64,000 nt of DNA from Bacteroidales bacterium (GTDB taxonomy: Bacteria > Bacteroidota > Bacteroidia > Bacteroidales > VadinHA17), in assembly GCA_012522155.1 (NCBI GenBank), contig JAAYKX010000024.1:1893-65892 (forward strand), written 5' to 3'. Position 1 is the stretch's first letter. The number at the start of each line of letters is the position of its first letter. Made by a program: the position numbers and the translations under genes. Positions 27,704 through 36,992 of this stretch are shown here, one piece after another. The notes under the pieces were generated by a model. That model saw only the letters and a program-made list of their open reading frames with translations, was not told the origin of the DNA and did no database searches.

Positions 27704-28715
27704 TAGAAATCACAATATTATATTCCAGGACCCGGAAAACCAGACAAACAGTTCATCTTTTGAAAAGATCATCCTGCCCGCAGATACAGCGGGGAAGCTA
27801 AATCATGATAACGGAGAGGATCCGGTCACCGGAACTGCGCCCGGACACGCTGTTTCCGGGAATTTCAACAGCACCGGAACAATTCCTTCAGGCAGCTTCA
27901 CCGGAAAGATACTGTATGGCAGCGAAGATCCCCCTGATGTTTTTTACGGGGATAAATCCATACGCTTCCCTTATAATTTTCTGAGTGAACAGGCAAAAAG
28001 AAGCAATTCACAAAACGATAAGCTGATTACAGAATACCTGAGGGATGGTGAAAAAATACCGTCACATCCCTTTGATGCTGACTGGATCACTGTCCCTGTT
28101 ATAATCTCGGCATTTATTTATTCCAGCCTGAGAGCCTTCCCCGGAAAATTAACCGGCAATGTCAAAGCATTCCTGCTTTTCAAAGGCATCGGAGCTCCTT
28201 CTTCCCGGGAAAAAGGAGCTTTCTTCAACTGGCATTCAGGTCTGGTCAACCTTGTTTCATTTTCTTCCCTGGCACTTTTCCTGTATCTCGCCACAGATTA
28301 TCATGATTTCATTCCATTTGGCATCCGGGGCGCCGGCCTGTGGCTTTTACTGCTCTCGCTGACTGCATTGCTGATAACAATACGCATCATCATCTGCTTT
28401 ATACTGGGCATGATCAGCGGTCAAAAAACAATATTTGGCGAATATGCAGCAAGCATATTTCAATCATATCATATCGCCGGCTTTTTACTTTATATAATTT
28501 CAGTGCTGCTGGTTTATACCAGTTTTTTTCCTCCGGCAGGACTGCTGAACACAGGATTTATTCTGATTGCACTGATCTATCTGATGCGCATATTCAGGCT
28601 GTTTTTGATTTTTTTGAAAAGGGGAGTTTCGATTTTCTATTTGATTTTGTACCTTTGTGCGCTGGAATTTCTTCCGGCACTCATTGTTTTAAGATATTTG
28701 ACAAATCTGTTTTAA
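27690..28715 (+). CDS. DUF4271-type multi-pass membrane protein
   Basis: The C-terminal half has about 6 TM segments. It sits immediately upstream of the hemD-like gene, as in other Bacteroidota. I set the start at the ATG at 27690 (the track used a TTG at 27675), giving a 14-bp overlap with deoC. Confidence 0.65.
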   Translation: MIIFDRNHNIIFQDPENQTNSSSFEKIILPADTAGKLNHDNGEDPVTGTAPGHAVSGNFNSTGTIPSGSFTGKILYGSEDPPDVFYGDKSIRFPYNFLSEQAKRSNSQNDKLITEYLRDGEKIPSHPFDADWITVPVIISAFIYSSLRAFPGKLTGNVKAFLLFKGIGAPSSREKGAFFNWHSGLVNLVSFSSLALFLYLATDYHDFIPFGIRGAGLWLLLLSLTALLITIRIIICFILGMISGQKTIFGEYAASIFQSYHIAGFLLYIISVLLVYTSFFPPAGLLNTGFILIALIYLMRIFRLFLIFLKRGVSIFYLILYLCALEFLPALIVLRYLTNLF

Positions 28716-28760
28716 ACAGAGCCAGAGGTTCCGAGAAGTTAAACTTAAAATCGTAAGGAG

Positions 28761-29513
28761 TTGAAAATAAGGAAGATTTTAGTGTCACAGCCAGAGCCGT
28801 TAAATCCGAAATCTCCATATTTCGATCTGGCAAAAAAATACAACCTGAAAGTAGATTTCAAACCATTCATCCAGGTAAAAGGGGTATCGGCCAAAGATTT
28901 CAGGCATCAGAAAATCAATATCAATGATTTTTCTGCTGTTGTTTTTACAAGCAAAACCGGAATAGATCATTTTTTCAGGATATGCAATGAGATGAGGGTG
29001 ACTGTTCCCGACACAATGAAATATTTCTGCATAACCGAAAATATTGCTTTTTATCTGCAGAAATACATAGTGTACAGGAAAAGGAGGATTTTCCACGGCA
29101 AGGCCAGGTTTCAGGACCTGGTTGATGTAATCGCCAGACACAAGGATGACAATTATTTTGTTCCCCTTCCCAGGCCTCATAATGTTGAGATTCCCAGACT
29201 TCTTACCAAAAACAACATACGGCATAAAATCGGTATATTATATAAAACCGTAAGCAGCGATGTTACCGGTATCGGGGATTTTGATTATGATATCCTGGTT
29301 TTTTACAGCCCCTCCGGGATCAAGTCACTGAAGGAAAACTTTCCGGATTTTGTTCAGGGAAACACCAACATAGCCGCATTCGGGCCTACAACAGCCTGCG
29401 CCGTGGAGCAGGAAGGATTAAGGCTTGACATTAATGCACCCAATCCAAAAGCGCCTTCAATGACAATGGCCCTTGACAATTACCTGAAAGACTATACCAA
29501 GAATTACAAATAG
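28761..29513 (+). CDS. hemD: uroporphyrinogen-III synthase family protein
   Basis: MKIRKILVSQPEP... is the N-terminus typical of Bacteroidota HemD-like proteins. The 250-aa length and two-lobed pattern fit. TTG start. Confidence 0.75.
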   Translation: MKIRKILVSQPEPLNPKSPYFDLAKKYNLKVDFKPFIQVKGVSAKDFRHQKININDFSAVVFTSKTGIDHFFRICNEMRVTVPDTMKYFCITENIAFYLQKYIVYRKRRIFHGKARFQDLVDVIARHKDDNYFVPLPRPHNVEIPRLLTKNNIRHKIGILYKTVSSDVTGIGDFDYDILVFYSPSGIKSLKENFPDFVQGNTNIAAFGPTTACAVEQEGLRLDINAPNPKAPSMTMALDNYLKDYTKNYK

Positions 29514-29589
29514 CATCCTGTTTTCAGAGTCAGCAGATACAGAAAACCGGCAAAAATTAACAGGAGCCCTGACAGCAGGGTTTACCGGG

Positions 29590-29991
29590 ATGACCTTCAC
29601 CCGCGAAACATTCAAAAAAGCTGAAAGGCTTTCCAGCCGTAAGACCATCACCAAACTGTTTGAGAGTGGAAATACTCTTTTTACAGACTGTTTCAAAGTG
29701 ATCTGGTCAGATTCAGAAACGGATTCCCCTTTCCCTGCCAGGATAGCGTTTACTGTTCCGAAAAAAAGGTTCAGACGAGCGGTCACAAGAAATCTTTTAA
29801 AAAGAAGGATCAGGGAAGCATACAGAAAAAATAAATCCCCCTTCTATAAATTTCTCGTTTCGGAAAACATTCAGATAGCATTGATGGTTATATTCAGAAA
29901 GGATTCTGTTGAAGAATATAATACACTGGAAAAGGCAGTCAGGGAAATGCTGGGGGCTGTCAGTACCCAAATCAGGAAAAAACGGCGCTGA
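29590..29991 (+). CDS. rnpA: ribonuclease P protein component
   Basis: Basic 133-aa protein with KAERLSSRKTITKLF and FTVPKKRFRRAVTRNLLKRRIREAYR (the RNR motif region). Confidence 0.9.
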   Translation: MTFTRETFKKAERLSSRKTITKLFESGNTLFTDCFKVIWSDSETDSPFPARIAFTVPKKRFRRAVTRNLLKRRIREAYRKNKSPFYKFLVSENIQIALMVIFRKDSVEEYNTLEKAVREMLGAVSTQIRKKRR

Positions 29992-30060
29992 GCATGCTGC
30001 CATGAAAATGCCGGGGCTGTCAGTACCCGAATCAGGAAAAAACGGCGCTGAGCATGCAGC
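29944..30060. repeat. 60-bp tandem duplication (2 copies, about 90% identical) spanning the rnpA stop codon
   Basis: GGGGCTGTCAGTACCCAAATCAGGAAAAAACGGCGCTGAGCATGC at 29953 is repeated at 30013 with a single A->G change. The flanks GAAATGCTG and GAAAATGCC also align. Confidence 0.9.
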
Positions 30061-30148
30061 ACGGGAAAGCTTAATCCGAAACTGATACCGGAAGGCCTCA
30101 TCCAATCATTATTCTTATTACTTTCGTGCGTTCAATTGTTTAAAATAT

Positions 30149-31912
30149 ATGAAAAAGAAGATTGCAGCCAGAGCAGCAGTTGTGATATCCACCCTGATCC
30201 TTGGCGGCCTGGGACTTGGTTTCCTGGCAATGCAGGAAACACGTGATTTCAGGATTGCAAAGAACCTTGACATTTTCCTGACACTTTTCAGGGAACTGAA
30301 CACATTCTACGTTGATGAAATAAATCCTGACAAAATCATCAAGTCGGGCATTGACAACATGCTGAAAACCCTTGATCCATATACCGTGTATTATCCCGAA
30401 TCGGAAGCTGACGATTTCACTTTTATGACAACGGGAAAGTACGGCGGAATAGGCTCCCTGGTAAGAGCAGACAAAGAATATGTTGTTATAAGTCAGGTTT
30501 ACAAGGGATTTCCTGCCGACCTGGCCGGGATAAGAGCCGGGGATATAATCAAAAAGGTAGACGGGGTGTCCATCAGGGGCATGTCGACAGACAAGGTCAG
30601 TGACAGGCTGAAAGGCAATCCGGGATCAGAAGTTATTGTGACAATAGAAAGGAACGGCAGGGAATCTGATCATCCGGTGAAACGTGAGAGAATAGTTATC
30701 CCCCCTGTTCCCTGGTATGGCATGATAGACGATAAAACAGCATATATCCGTTTTACAAACTTTACCCAGAACTGTATCACAGATGTAAAAAATGCCCTTA
30801 CCGAGCTCAGGAAATCCGGTCCGGAACAGCTTATCCTTGACCTGAGAAGCAATCCCGGCGGACTGCTTTCAGAAGCCGTGGAAATAGTAAACCTGTTCGT
30901 CGGTCCCGGTAATAATGTTGTTTCCACCAAAGGCAAAGTCAAACAGTTTGATGATAATTTCAGGACAACAAAGCCGGCTGTCGATGAAACTATTCCTCTT
31001 GCCGTACTGATCAACAGATCATCGGCTTCGGCTGCAGAAATTGTTGCGGGAGCAATTCAGGACCTGGACAGGGGAGTGATTATTGGACAGCGATCATATG
31101 GCAAGGGACTGGTTCAGGTCACCCGTCCTCTCAGTTACAACAGCCAGCTCAAGGTAACCACCGCGAAATATTATATACCCTCCGGAAGGTGCATACAGGC
31201 ACTCGACTTTTCCCATCCCGGTGAAGATGGCAGCGTCGGGTTCATCCCGGATTCACTTATCTCGGAATTTAAAACACGCAACGGCAGAACGGTCAAAGAC
31301 GGAGGGGGGATCAGTCCCGATATAGCCATAAGTCCCGAAATGCTCAGCCAGATGTCAACCGAGCTCTATCTTGGAAATTTCATATTCGATTTTGCAAGCC
31401 GGTACTACTGGGCCAATCCCGGGATTAAAAACCTTTCGGATTTTAAATTCACCGCCAAGGATTTTGAAGATTTTGGCAATTTCCTCAGGGAAAGAAAGTT
31501 TCAATACAAAACAGTAACGGAAACATCTCTGAACGAACTTATTGCCAATGCCAAAAAGGAAAAGTACTATGAGCTTCACAAGGATCTTTTCACTGAACTT
31601 GAAAAGGATATTGCCCACGACCTGGATCAGGATCTGTCAATCTTCAGGGATGAAATAACACAGTTGCTGGAAGAGGAGATCATCGGCCGCTATTTTTATG
31701 AGGAAGGAACCATAGTATGGTCCGTAGACAAGGACGTACAGATACAGAAGGCCCTTGAAATACTGAATGACAAGGCATGGTATAACTCCATTCTGAGCGG
31801 AAAGAATCTTCCCGTTCTCAGGGCTAATGAGCCTCCAGCCAGTTATGCCCGCTTCCCTGGTCAACTTTCAGCGGAACGACCAGCTTCGCGGCATTCGACA
31901 TTTCATATATAA
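30149..31912 (+). CDS. S41 family C-terminal processing peptidase (PDZ-containing)
   Basis: N-terminal anchor or signal, PDZ (GIRAGDIIKKVDG), catalytic Ser context NRSSASAAEIVAGA and Lys context GQRSYGKGLVQ. The last 29 codons overlap the 3' end of polA. Confidence 0.88.
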   Translation: MKKKIAARAAVVISTLILGGLGLGFLAMQETRDFRIAKNLDIFLTLFRELNTFYVDEINPDKIIKSGIDNMLKTLDPYTVYYPESEADDFTFMTTGKYGGIGSLVRADKEYVVISQVYKGFPADLAGIRAGDIIKKVDGVSIRGMSTDKVSDRLKGNPGSEVIVTIERNGRESDHPVKRERIVIPPVPWYGMIDDKTAYIRFTNFTQNCITDVKNALTELRKSGPEQLILDLRSNPGGLLSEAVEIVNLFVGPGNNVVSTKGKVKQFDDNFRTTKPAVDETIPLAVLINRSSASAAEIVAGAIQDLDRGVIIGQRSYGKGLVQVTRPLSYNSQLKVTTAKYYIPSGRCIQALDFSHPGEDGSVGFIPDSLISEFKTRNGRTVKDGGGISPDIAISPEMLSQMSTELYLGNFIFDFASRYYWANPGIKNLSDFKFTAKDFEDFGNFLRERKFQYKTVTETSLNELIANAKKEKYYELHKDLFTELEKDIAHDLDQDLSIFRDEITQLLEEEIIGRYFYEEGTIVWSVDKDVQIQKALEILNDKAWYNSILSGKNLPVLRANEPPASYARFPGQLSAERPASRHSTFHI

Positions 31913-34634
31913 CCATTTCCTGCAGCCGGTCAAACTCATCTTCAGGAACTTCAAAAATAAGCTCATCATGAACCTGCAATATCATTGCGGAGCTGAAAGC
32001 TTCTCTTTTCAGTCTTTCATCAATCCGTATCATTGCTATCTTGATAATATCAGCTGCAGAACCCTGGATGGGAGCATTGATGGCATTCCTTTCGGCATTA
32101 CCCCTGAGCACCTGGCTGCCTGACAGGATATCCCGCAGATATCTCCTTCTGCCGAACATTGTTGTAACATAACCCGTTTCCCTGGCTTTTTCTATACTTT
32201 CATCCATATATTTCCGCACGCCGGGATAGGATGCAAAATATCCGTCAATAAGGTCTTTGGCTTCCTTCCTTCCTATGTTGAGCCGCTCCGACAATCCAAA
32301 TGCCGATATCCCGTAAATAATACCAAAGTTTGCGGTTTTTGCCCGGTCACGCATTTCCCTGCTTACTTCATCAATACCTGTTCCGAATATTTTTGCGGCA
32401 GTGGCAGCATGAATATCACTGCCCGACAAAAAATCGGCAATCATGCCTTCATCCCCGCTGAGATGTGCCATGAGCCTGAGTTCAATCTGTGAATAATCGG
32501 CTGAAAAGAACAGGCAGCCCTCCGCAGGAACAAAAGCCCTGCGTATCTCCCTTCCACGGTCCTCCCTTACCGGTATATTCTGAAGGTTGGGTTTGTTGGA
32601 ACTCAGTCTGCCCGTTGATGCAACAGCCTGGTTGAACGAAGTATGTATTCTTCCGGTTTTCCTGTTTATCAGTTGCGGCAGGGCCTCTGCATAGGTTGAT
32701 AATAATTTTTTCAGGCCTCTGTATTCCAATACCTTGTTGATAATCGGATGCTTATCGACAAGTCGCTGAAGTGTTTCTTCACTGGTAACAAACTGTTTTG
32801 TCCTGGTCAGCTTTGCCTTGTCATCAAGTCTGAGTTTCAGAAAAAGTATATCGCCCAGCTGCCTGGGTGATGAAATATTGAAAACGCTGCCGGCAAGCTC
32901 ATGAATCTCCCCTTCAAGGCTTATAATATCTTCGCGCAGGCCTGTGGCAATAGACCCAAGCTCATCCTCATCAAGTATCACACCCTTCCTCTCCATGCCT
33001 GCAAGTACCCGTATAAGAGGCATTTCAATTTCTGCGGCCAGCTCATACAGGCCTTCCTCCCTGATCATGGGTTCAAAAACATTCTTTAGCTGAAGTGTTA
33101 TATCGGCATCCTCCACGGCATATTCCGTTATCTGTTCCGGGGGGACGGATCTCATACTCCTTTGCTGCCTGCCCTTTTCGCCTATGAGCGATTCAATCTG
33201 AAGCGGGGTGTATGAAAGATATGCTTCCGAGAGAAGATTCATATTGTGACGCATATCGGGTTCAAGAAGATAATGGGCTATCATCGTGTCAAACAGCGGT
33301 CCCTTTACATCAATACCATAATTCCCGAGCACATGGATATCAAATTTGCAGTTCTGCCCTATCTTCAGGATGTCTTCATTTTCAAACAGGGGTCTCAGAA
33401 TCTCCAGTAAAGCCATTGTCTCATCCTGATCAGGCGGAAAATATACCATATAGCCCTTGTTCTTTTCCCAGGAAAGGGCGAGGGCTACAATTTCCGAATC
33501 CAGGGCATCAATAGTGCTTGTTTCCGTATCAAAGCAGAATTCCTTCTGCCTGAGAGCAATGCCGGTAATCTTTCTGAGCTCGTCGCTGTCCTTTACAAGC
33601 CTGTAATCATGTTTCCGGCCGGAAATACCGGATTTTCCGGTTTCAGCACCAGGACCGGCGGCTGCCGGAGCAACAGGAAAGAGAGAAGCCTGAAAAGCTC
33701 CTGAGACATGCTGTTCTGCCTCACCGGCTTCCGTATTCTCCGTTTTCTCCAAAGCGGCAAGTATTTTTGTTCCGACAGTCCTGAACTCAAGCTCTTCAAA
33801 AAGAGTCCTGAGCCTGGCTGCATCAGGTGTTTCGCTTATCAGTTCGTCCTCCCTGAACTCAACCGGCACATCGATGATTATTGTGGCCAGCTTTTTTGAC
33901 AGTTCAATCTTGTCCCGGTTTTCCTCAATCCTCTCCCTGAGCTTACCCTTAAGACTCGAAGTGTTCCTGAAAAGTTCCTCAACAGAGCCGTATTCCCCTA
34001 TCAGTTTCATTGCCGTTTTAGGCCCTACCCCGGGAGCACCGGGAATATTGTCAGAAGAATCACCCATAAGGGCAAGGATGTCAATGACCTGTTCCGGCCT
34101 TTCAACCGAAAATTCCTTTCTGACATCCTCAACACCCCACTGTACGGATTCATTTCCGCCCCGCGCAGGCTTGAACATAAAGATCCTGTCGGAAACAAGC
34201 TGGGCAAAATCCTTGTCGGGAGTCATCATATAGGTGGTAAATCCTTTACCGGAAGCCTTTTTTGCCAGGGTACCGATAACATCATCGGCCTCATAACCCG
34301 GATAATCAATAACAGGTATTTTGTATGCTCCCAGGAGCTCTTTGATATAGGGTACTGATTTTTTTATATCCTCCGGTGTCTCGTCACGGTTGGCCTTGTA
34401 TTCACTGTACATCCCATGCCTGAAAGTTGGTCCCGGGGGATCAAACACCACGGCTATATGCGAAGGCTTCTGCTTGCGCAGCACCTCTTCGAGGGTCAGG
34501 ACAAAACCGAATATTGCTGAGGTGTTAAGGCCTTTGGAAGTTATCCGGGGATTTCTGATAAATGCGTAGTAGGAACGGAATATCAACGCATAGGCGTCGA
34601 GGAGAAATAATTTTCTTGTATCTGTGTCTTGCAT
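31824..34634 (-). CDS. polA: DNA polymerase I
   Basis: 5' nuclease N-terminus (LFLLDAYALIFRSYYA), 3'-5' exonuclease domain, polymerase motifs (DYSQIELR, RRRAKTANFGIIYG-like RDRAKTANFGIIYG, QVHDEL) and the C-terminal NWLEAH. Confidence 0.97.
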   Translation of the reverse strand: MQDTDTRKLFLLDAYALIFRSYYAFIRNPRITSKGLNTSAIFGFVLTLEEVLRKQKPSHIAVVFDPPGPTFRHGMYSEYKANRDETPEDIKKSVPYIKELLGAYKIPVIDYPGYEADDVIGTLAKKASGKGFTTYMMTPDKDFAQLVSDRIFMFKPARGGNESVQWGVEDVRKEFSVERPEQVIDILALMGDSSDNIPGAPGVGPKTAMKLIGEYGSVEELFRNTSSLKGKLRERIEENRDKIELSKKLATIIIDVPVEFREDELISETPDAARLRTLFEELEFRTVGTKILAALEKTENTEAGEAEQHVSGAFQASLFPVAPAAAGPGAETGKSGISGRKHDYRLVKDSDELRKITGIALRQKEFCFDTETSTIDALDSEIVALALSWEKNKGYMVYFPPDQDETMALLEILRPLFENEDILKIGQNCKFDIHVLGNYGIDVKGPLFDTMIAHYLLEPDMRHNMNLLSEAYLSYTPLQIESLIGEKGRQQRSMRSVPPEQITEYAVEDADITLQLKNVFEPMIREEGLYELAAEIEMPLIRVLAGMERKGVILDEDELGSIATGLREDIISLEGEIHELAGSVFNISSPRQLGDILFLKLRLDDKAKLTRTKQFVTSEETLQRLVDKHPIINKVLEYRGLKKLLSTYAEALPQLINRKTGRIHTSFNQAVASTGRLSSNKPNLQNIPVREDRGREIRRAFVPAEGCLFFSADYSQIELRLMAHLSGDEGMIADFLSGSDIHAATAAKIFGTGIDEVSREMRDRAKTANFGIIYGISAFGLSERLNIGRKEAKDLIDGYFASYPGVRKYMDESIEKARETGYVTTMFGRRRYLRDILSGSQVLRGNAERNAINAPIQGSAADIIKIAMIRIDERLKREAFSSAMILQVHDELIFEVPEDEFDRLQEMVIYEMSNAAKLVVPLKVDQGSGHNWLEAH

Positions 34635-34637
34635 AAG

Positions 34638-35087
34638 CTATTCATTATCGCCGGCATACCATTCAGCATATGATTTTGCTGTTTCGTACAACCTGAGTGA
34701 ATGCAGCCTGACACCTGAAGGAAATGCATCTTTAAGTATTTCTGCAAAATTTTCTATTAGTTTTTCACATGTGGGCTGATAATTCACAATCATTATATTT
34801 CCGAATGCGCCGCGCATCATTTCTTTTCTTTCATCCTCAAAATCACTGCTGATAACAAGTGAATGATCAAAGTGGTCAATGATCCTTTTCTGTACTATTT
34901 CCCTGAGAACATTAAAATCCAGCAGCATTCCGTATTTCGGGCTGGATTTATCACTTACAGCCTCACCGGACACTGTCACAAACAGACGGTACGAATGACC
35001 GTGTACATTTTTACAGGGCCCGTCATAGCCTTTAAGCGCATGTGCCATCTCAAAAGAGAATTCCCGTGTAACTCTTATAATACTCAT
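34638..35087 (-). CDS. queD: 6-carboxy-5,6,7,8-tetrahydropterin synthase
   Basis: FSFEMAHAL, CKNVHGHSY and a 150-aa length from the ATG at 35087. The track start at 35144 would place the candidate promoter inside the ORF. Confidence 0.88.
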   Translation of the reverse strand: MSIIRVTREFSFEMAHALKGYDGPCKNVHGHSYRLFVTVSGEAVSDKSSPKYGMLLDFNVLREIVQKRIIDHFDHSLVISSDFEDERKEMMRGAFGNIMIVNYQPTCEKLIENFAEILKDAFPSGVRLHSLRLYETAKSYAEWYAGDNE

Positions 35088-35113
35088 GATGAAATAAGTT
35101 ATCAACCGCCTGC

Positions 35114-35121
35114 CAAAATTA
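35114..35121 (-). promoter_or_regulatory. candidate -7 box (TAATTTTG on minus strand) for queD-polA
   Basis: Plus-strand CAAAATTA lies 27 bp upstream of the ATG at 35087. Confidence 0.3.
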
Positions 35122-35246
35122 GTCAATATCCGTGAATAGTACATCTTTTATTATGAGCAGGCTCTGTATATAAAAATTATTTGTTATGATTTAGCCCGTG
35201 ATAATAGTAATTTACCTTACCTTTACATCCTTTTAAACTCTAATTA

Positions 35247-36893
35247 ATGGGCAATAAAGAAACGATTTTGACATTTCCGGCACTGTTCGAAAGAACTCTG
35301 TTGAATCATCCTGAATCAAATGCCTACGCATTTGTCGGGGAGAAGCCGATAAGCTGGAAAGAGGCAGCAGGAATGATATCTTCCGTAACAGCTCTTCTTG
35401 AATCGGCAGGAATCGTTCCCGGTGACAGGGTAGCAATTCTGAGTACCAACATGCCCAACTGGGCAATCACCTATTTTGCAATAACATTCATGGGAGCGGT
35501 GGCAGTACCGATTCTGCCCGATTTTTCACCGACGGAAATTACCAACGTCATAGAACATTCAGGAAGCAGAGTACTGTTTATATCATCAGGCCTGAAACAC
35601 AAGACAGCTGACCTGGAGCCCGGAAAGCCGGAAACAGTTTTCAATATTGAAGATTTTTCTGTCCTGTCCGCACGTGACCACTCCCTGAAATATATATCCG
35701 GATCCTCAGCCCTGCGGAAATATGAGGTAACAGAGGACGACCTTGTATCAATAATTTACACATCGGGAACCACCGGCCGCTCCAAAGGAGTAATGCTGAC
35801 ACATAAAAACATCTCTTTCAATGCATTAAAAGGTGAACTGATTCAGCCAGTAAACAAAAACGACAGATTTCTTTCAGTGCTTCCCCTTTCACACACCTAC
35901 GAGAATACACTTGGACTTATTCTGCCAATGCTCGGAGGATCCTGCGTCTATTACCTCAGGAAACCGCCTACTCCACCGGTTCTTCTTCCTGCACTCGAGG
36001 CAGTAAGGCCGACCATCATGCTTACCGTTCCGCTGATAATTGAAAAAGTCTATTACAACAAAATACTGCCGACCCTTACGGGAAAATGGTTTATGAAGCA
36101 GCTTTACAAGATCCCCTTTATAAGGATAAAGCTCAACAGGATAGCCGGGGCAAAACTGCTGAAGACCTTTGGCGGCAATCTTAAATTTTATGGTATCGGC
36201 GGATCCAAGCTTAACAGGACAGTTGAAAAATTTCTTCTGGAAGCCCGCTTCCCCTATGCTATCGGTTACGGACTTACAGAAACATCACCCCTTCTGGCGG
36301 GTGCAAATCCCAAAAACACGGTTTTTGATTCAACAGGTCCTGCAATAGATGATATAGAATTAATAATCAATGATCCCGACCCGAAAACAGGAGAAGGCGA
36401 AATATGGGCAAGGGGCGACAGTGTGATGAAAGGCTATTACAAGGAACCGGAAATGACTGCTGAGGTACTTACCCCTGACGGATGGTTTAAAACCGGAGAC
36501 CTCGGGGTGCTTGATCCGCATAATAATCTGTACATAAAGGGACGGCTCAAGAATATGATTGTAGGTGCAAGCGGAGAAAACATTTATCCGGAAGAAATAG
36601 AATCGGTTATAAATAATTTCCGCTTCGTTATGGAATCCCTGGTTATACAGCAGAAAGGAAAGCTTGTTGCCTATGTTCACCTGAACATGGAAGAGCTGGA
36701 AAAGAAATACAAGATCCTTAAACAGGATATGGAAGACCGCTTCGAGGAGAAGGTACAGGAATTAATTCTTGAGCTTAAGCAATATGTAAACACCAAAGTA
36801 AATAAGTTCAGTCAGATCAACAAGGTAGTACTTCAGCCTGTCCCTTTTCAAAAAACCGCAACGCTCAAGATAAAACGCTTTCTGTATATCTGA
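35247..36893 (+). CDS. AMP-dependent synthetase / long-chain-fatty-acid--CoA ligase
   Basis: AMP-binding motif IIYTSGTTGRSKGVMLTHKN, plus GYGLTETS, TGDLG and KIKR near the C-terminus. Confidence 0.85.
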   Translation: MGNKETILTFPALFERTLLNHPESNAYAFVGEKPISWKEAAGMISSVTALLESAGIVPGDRVAILSTNMPNWAITYFAITFMGAVAVPILPDFSPTEITNVIEHSGSRVLFISSGLKHKTADLEPGKPETVFNIEDFSVLSARDHSLKYISGSSALRKYEVTEDDLVSIIYTSGTTGRSKGVMLTHKNISFNALKGELIQPVNKNDRFLSVLPLSHTYENTLGLILPMLGGSCVYYLRKPPTPPVLLPALEAVRPTIMLTVPLIIEKVYYNKILPTLTGKWFMKQLYKIPFIRIKLNRIAGAKLLKTFGGNLKFYGIGGSKLNRTVEKFLLEARFPYAIGYGLTETSPLLAGANPKNTVFDSTGPAIDDIELIINDPDPKTGEGEIWARGDSVMKGYYKEPEMTAEVLTPDGWFKTGDLGVLDPHNNLYIKGRLKNMIVGASGENIYPEEIESVINNFRFVMESLVIQQKGKLVAYVHLNMEELEKKYKILKQDMEDRFEEKVQELILELKQYVNTKVNKFSQINKVVLQPVPFQKTATLKIKRFLYI

Positions 36894-36933
36894 GAAATAC
36901 ATAAATGTTCTTTCAGCGGACTTAACAAAAGCC

Positions 36934-36970
36934 AAAGAGGCTGTCTCACAACAAAGGAGACAGCCTCTTT
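36934..36970. terminator. bidirectional rho-independent-type terminator between convergent acyl-CoA ligase and SOD genes
   Basis: A perfect 14-bp stem AAAGAGGCTGTCTC / GAGACAGCCTCTTT with a 9-nt loop, and T-rich 3' sides in both orientations. Confidence 0.7.
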
Positions 36971-36992
36971 TAACTGATATCCGGAGTAATCT

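Noticed and set aside
29992-30148. Expected yidD (membrane protein insertion efficiency factor) downstream of rnpA
   Set aside because: Only 157 bp are available and there is no ORF with the conserved YidD pattern. The only small frame (MKMPGLSVPESGKNGAEHAARESLIRN) is produced by the duplicated rnpA 3' end.
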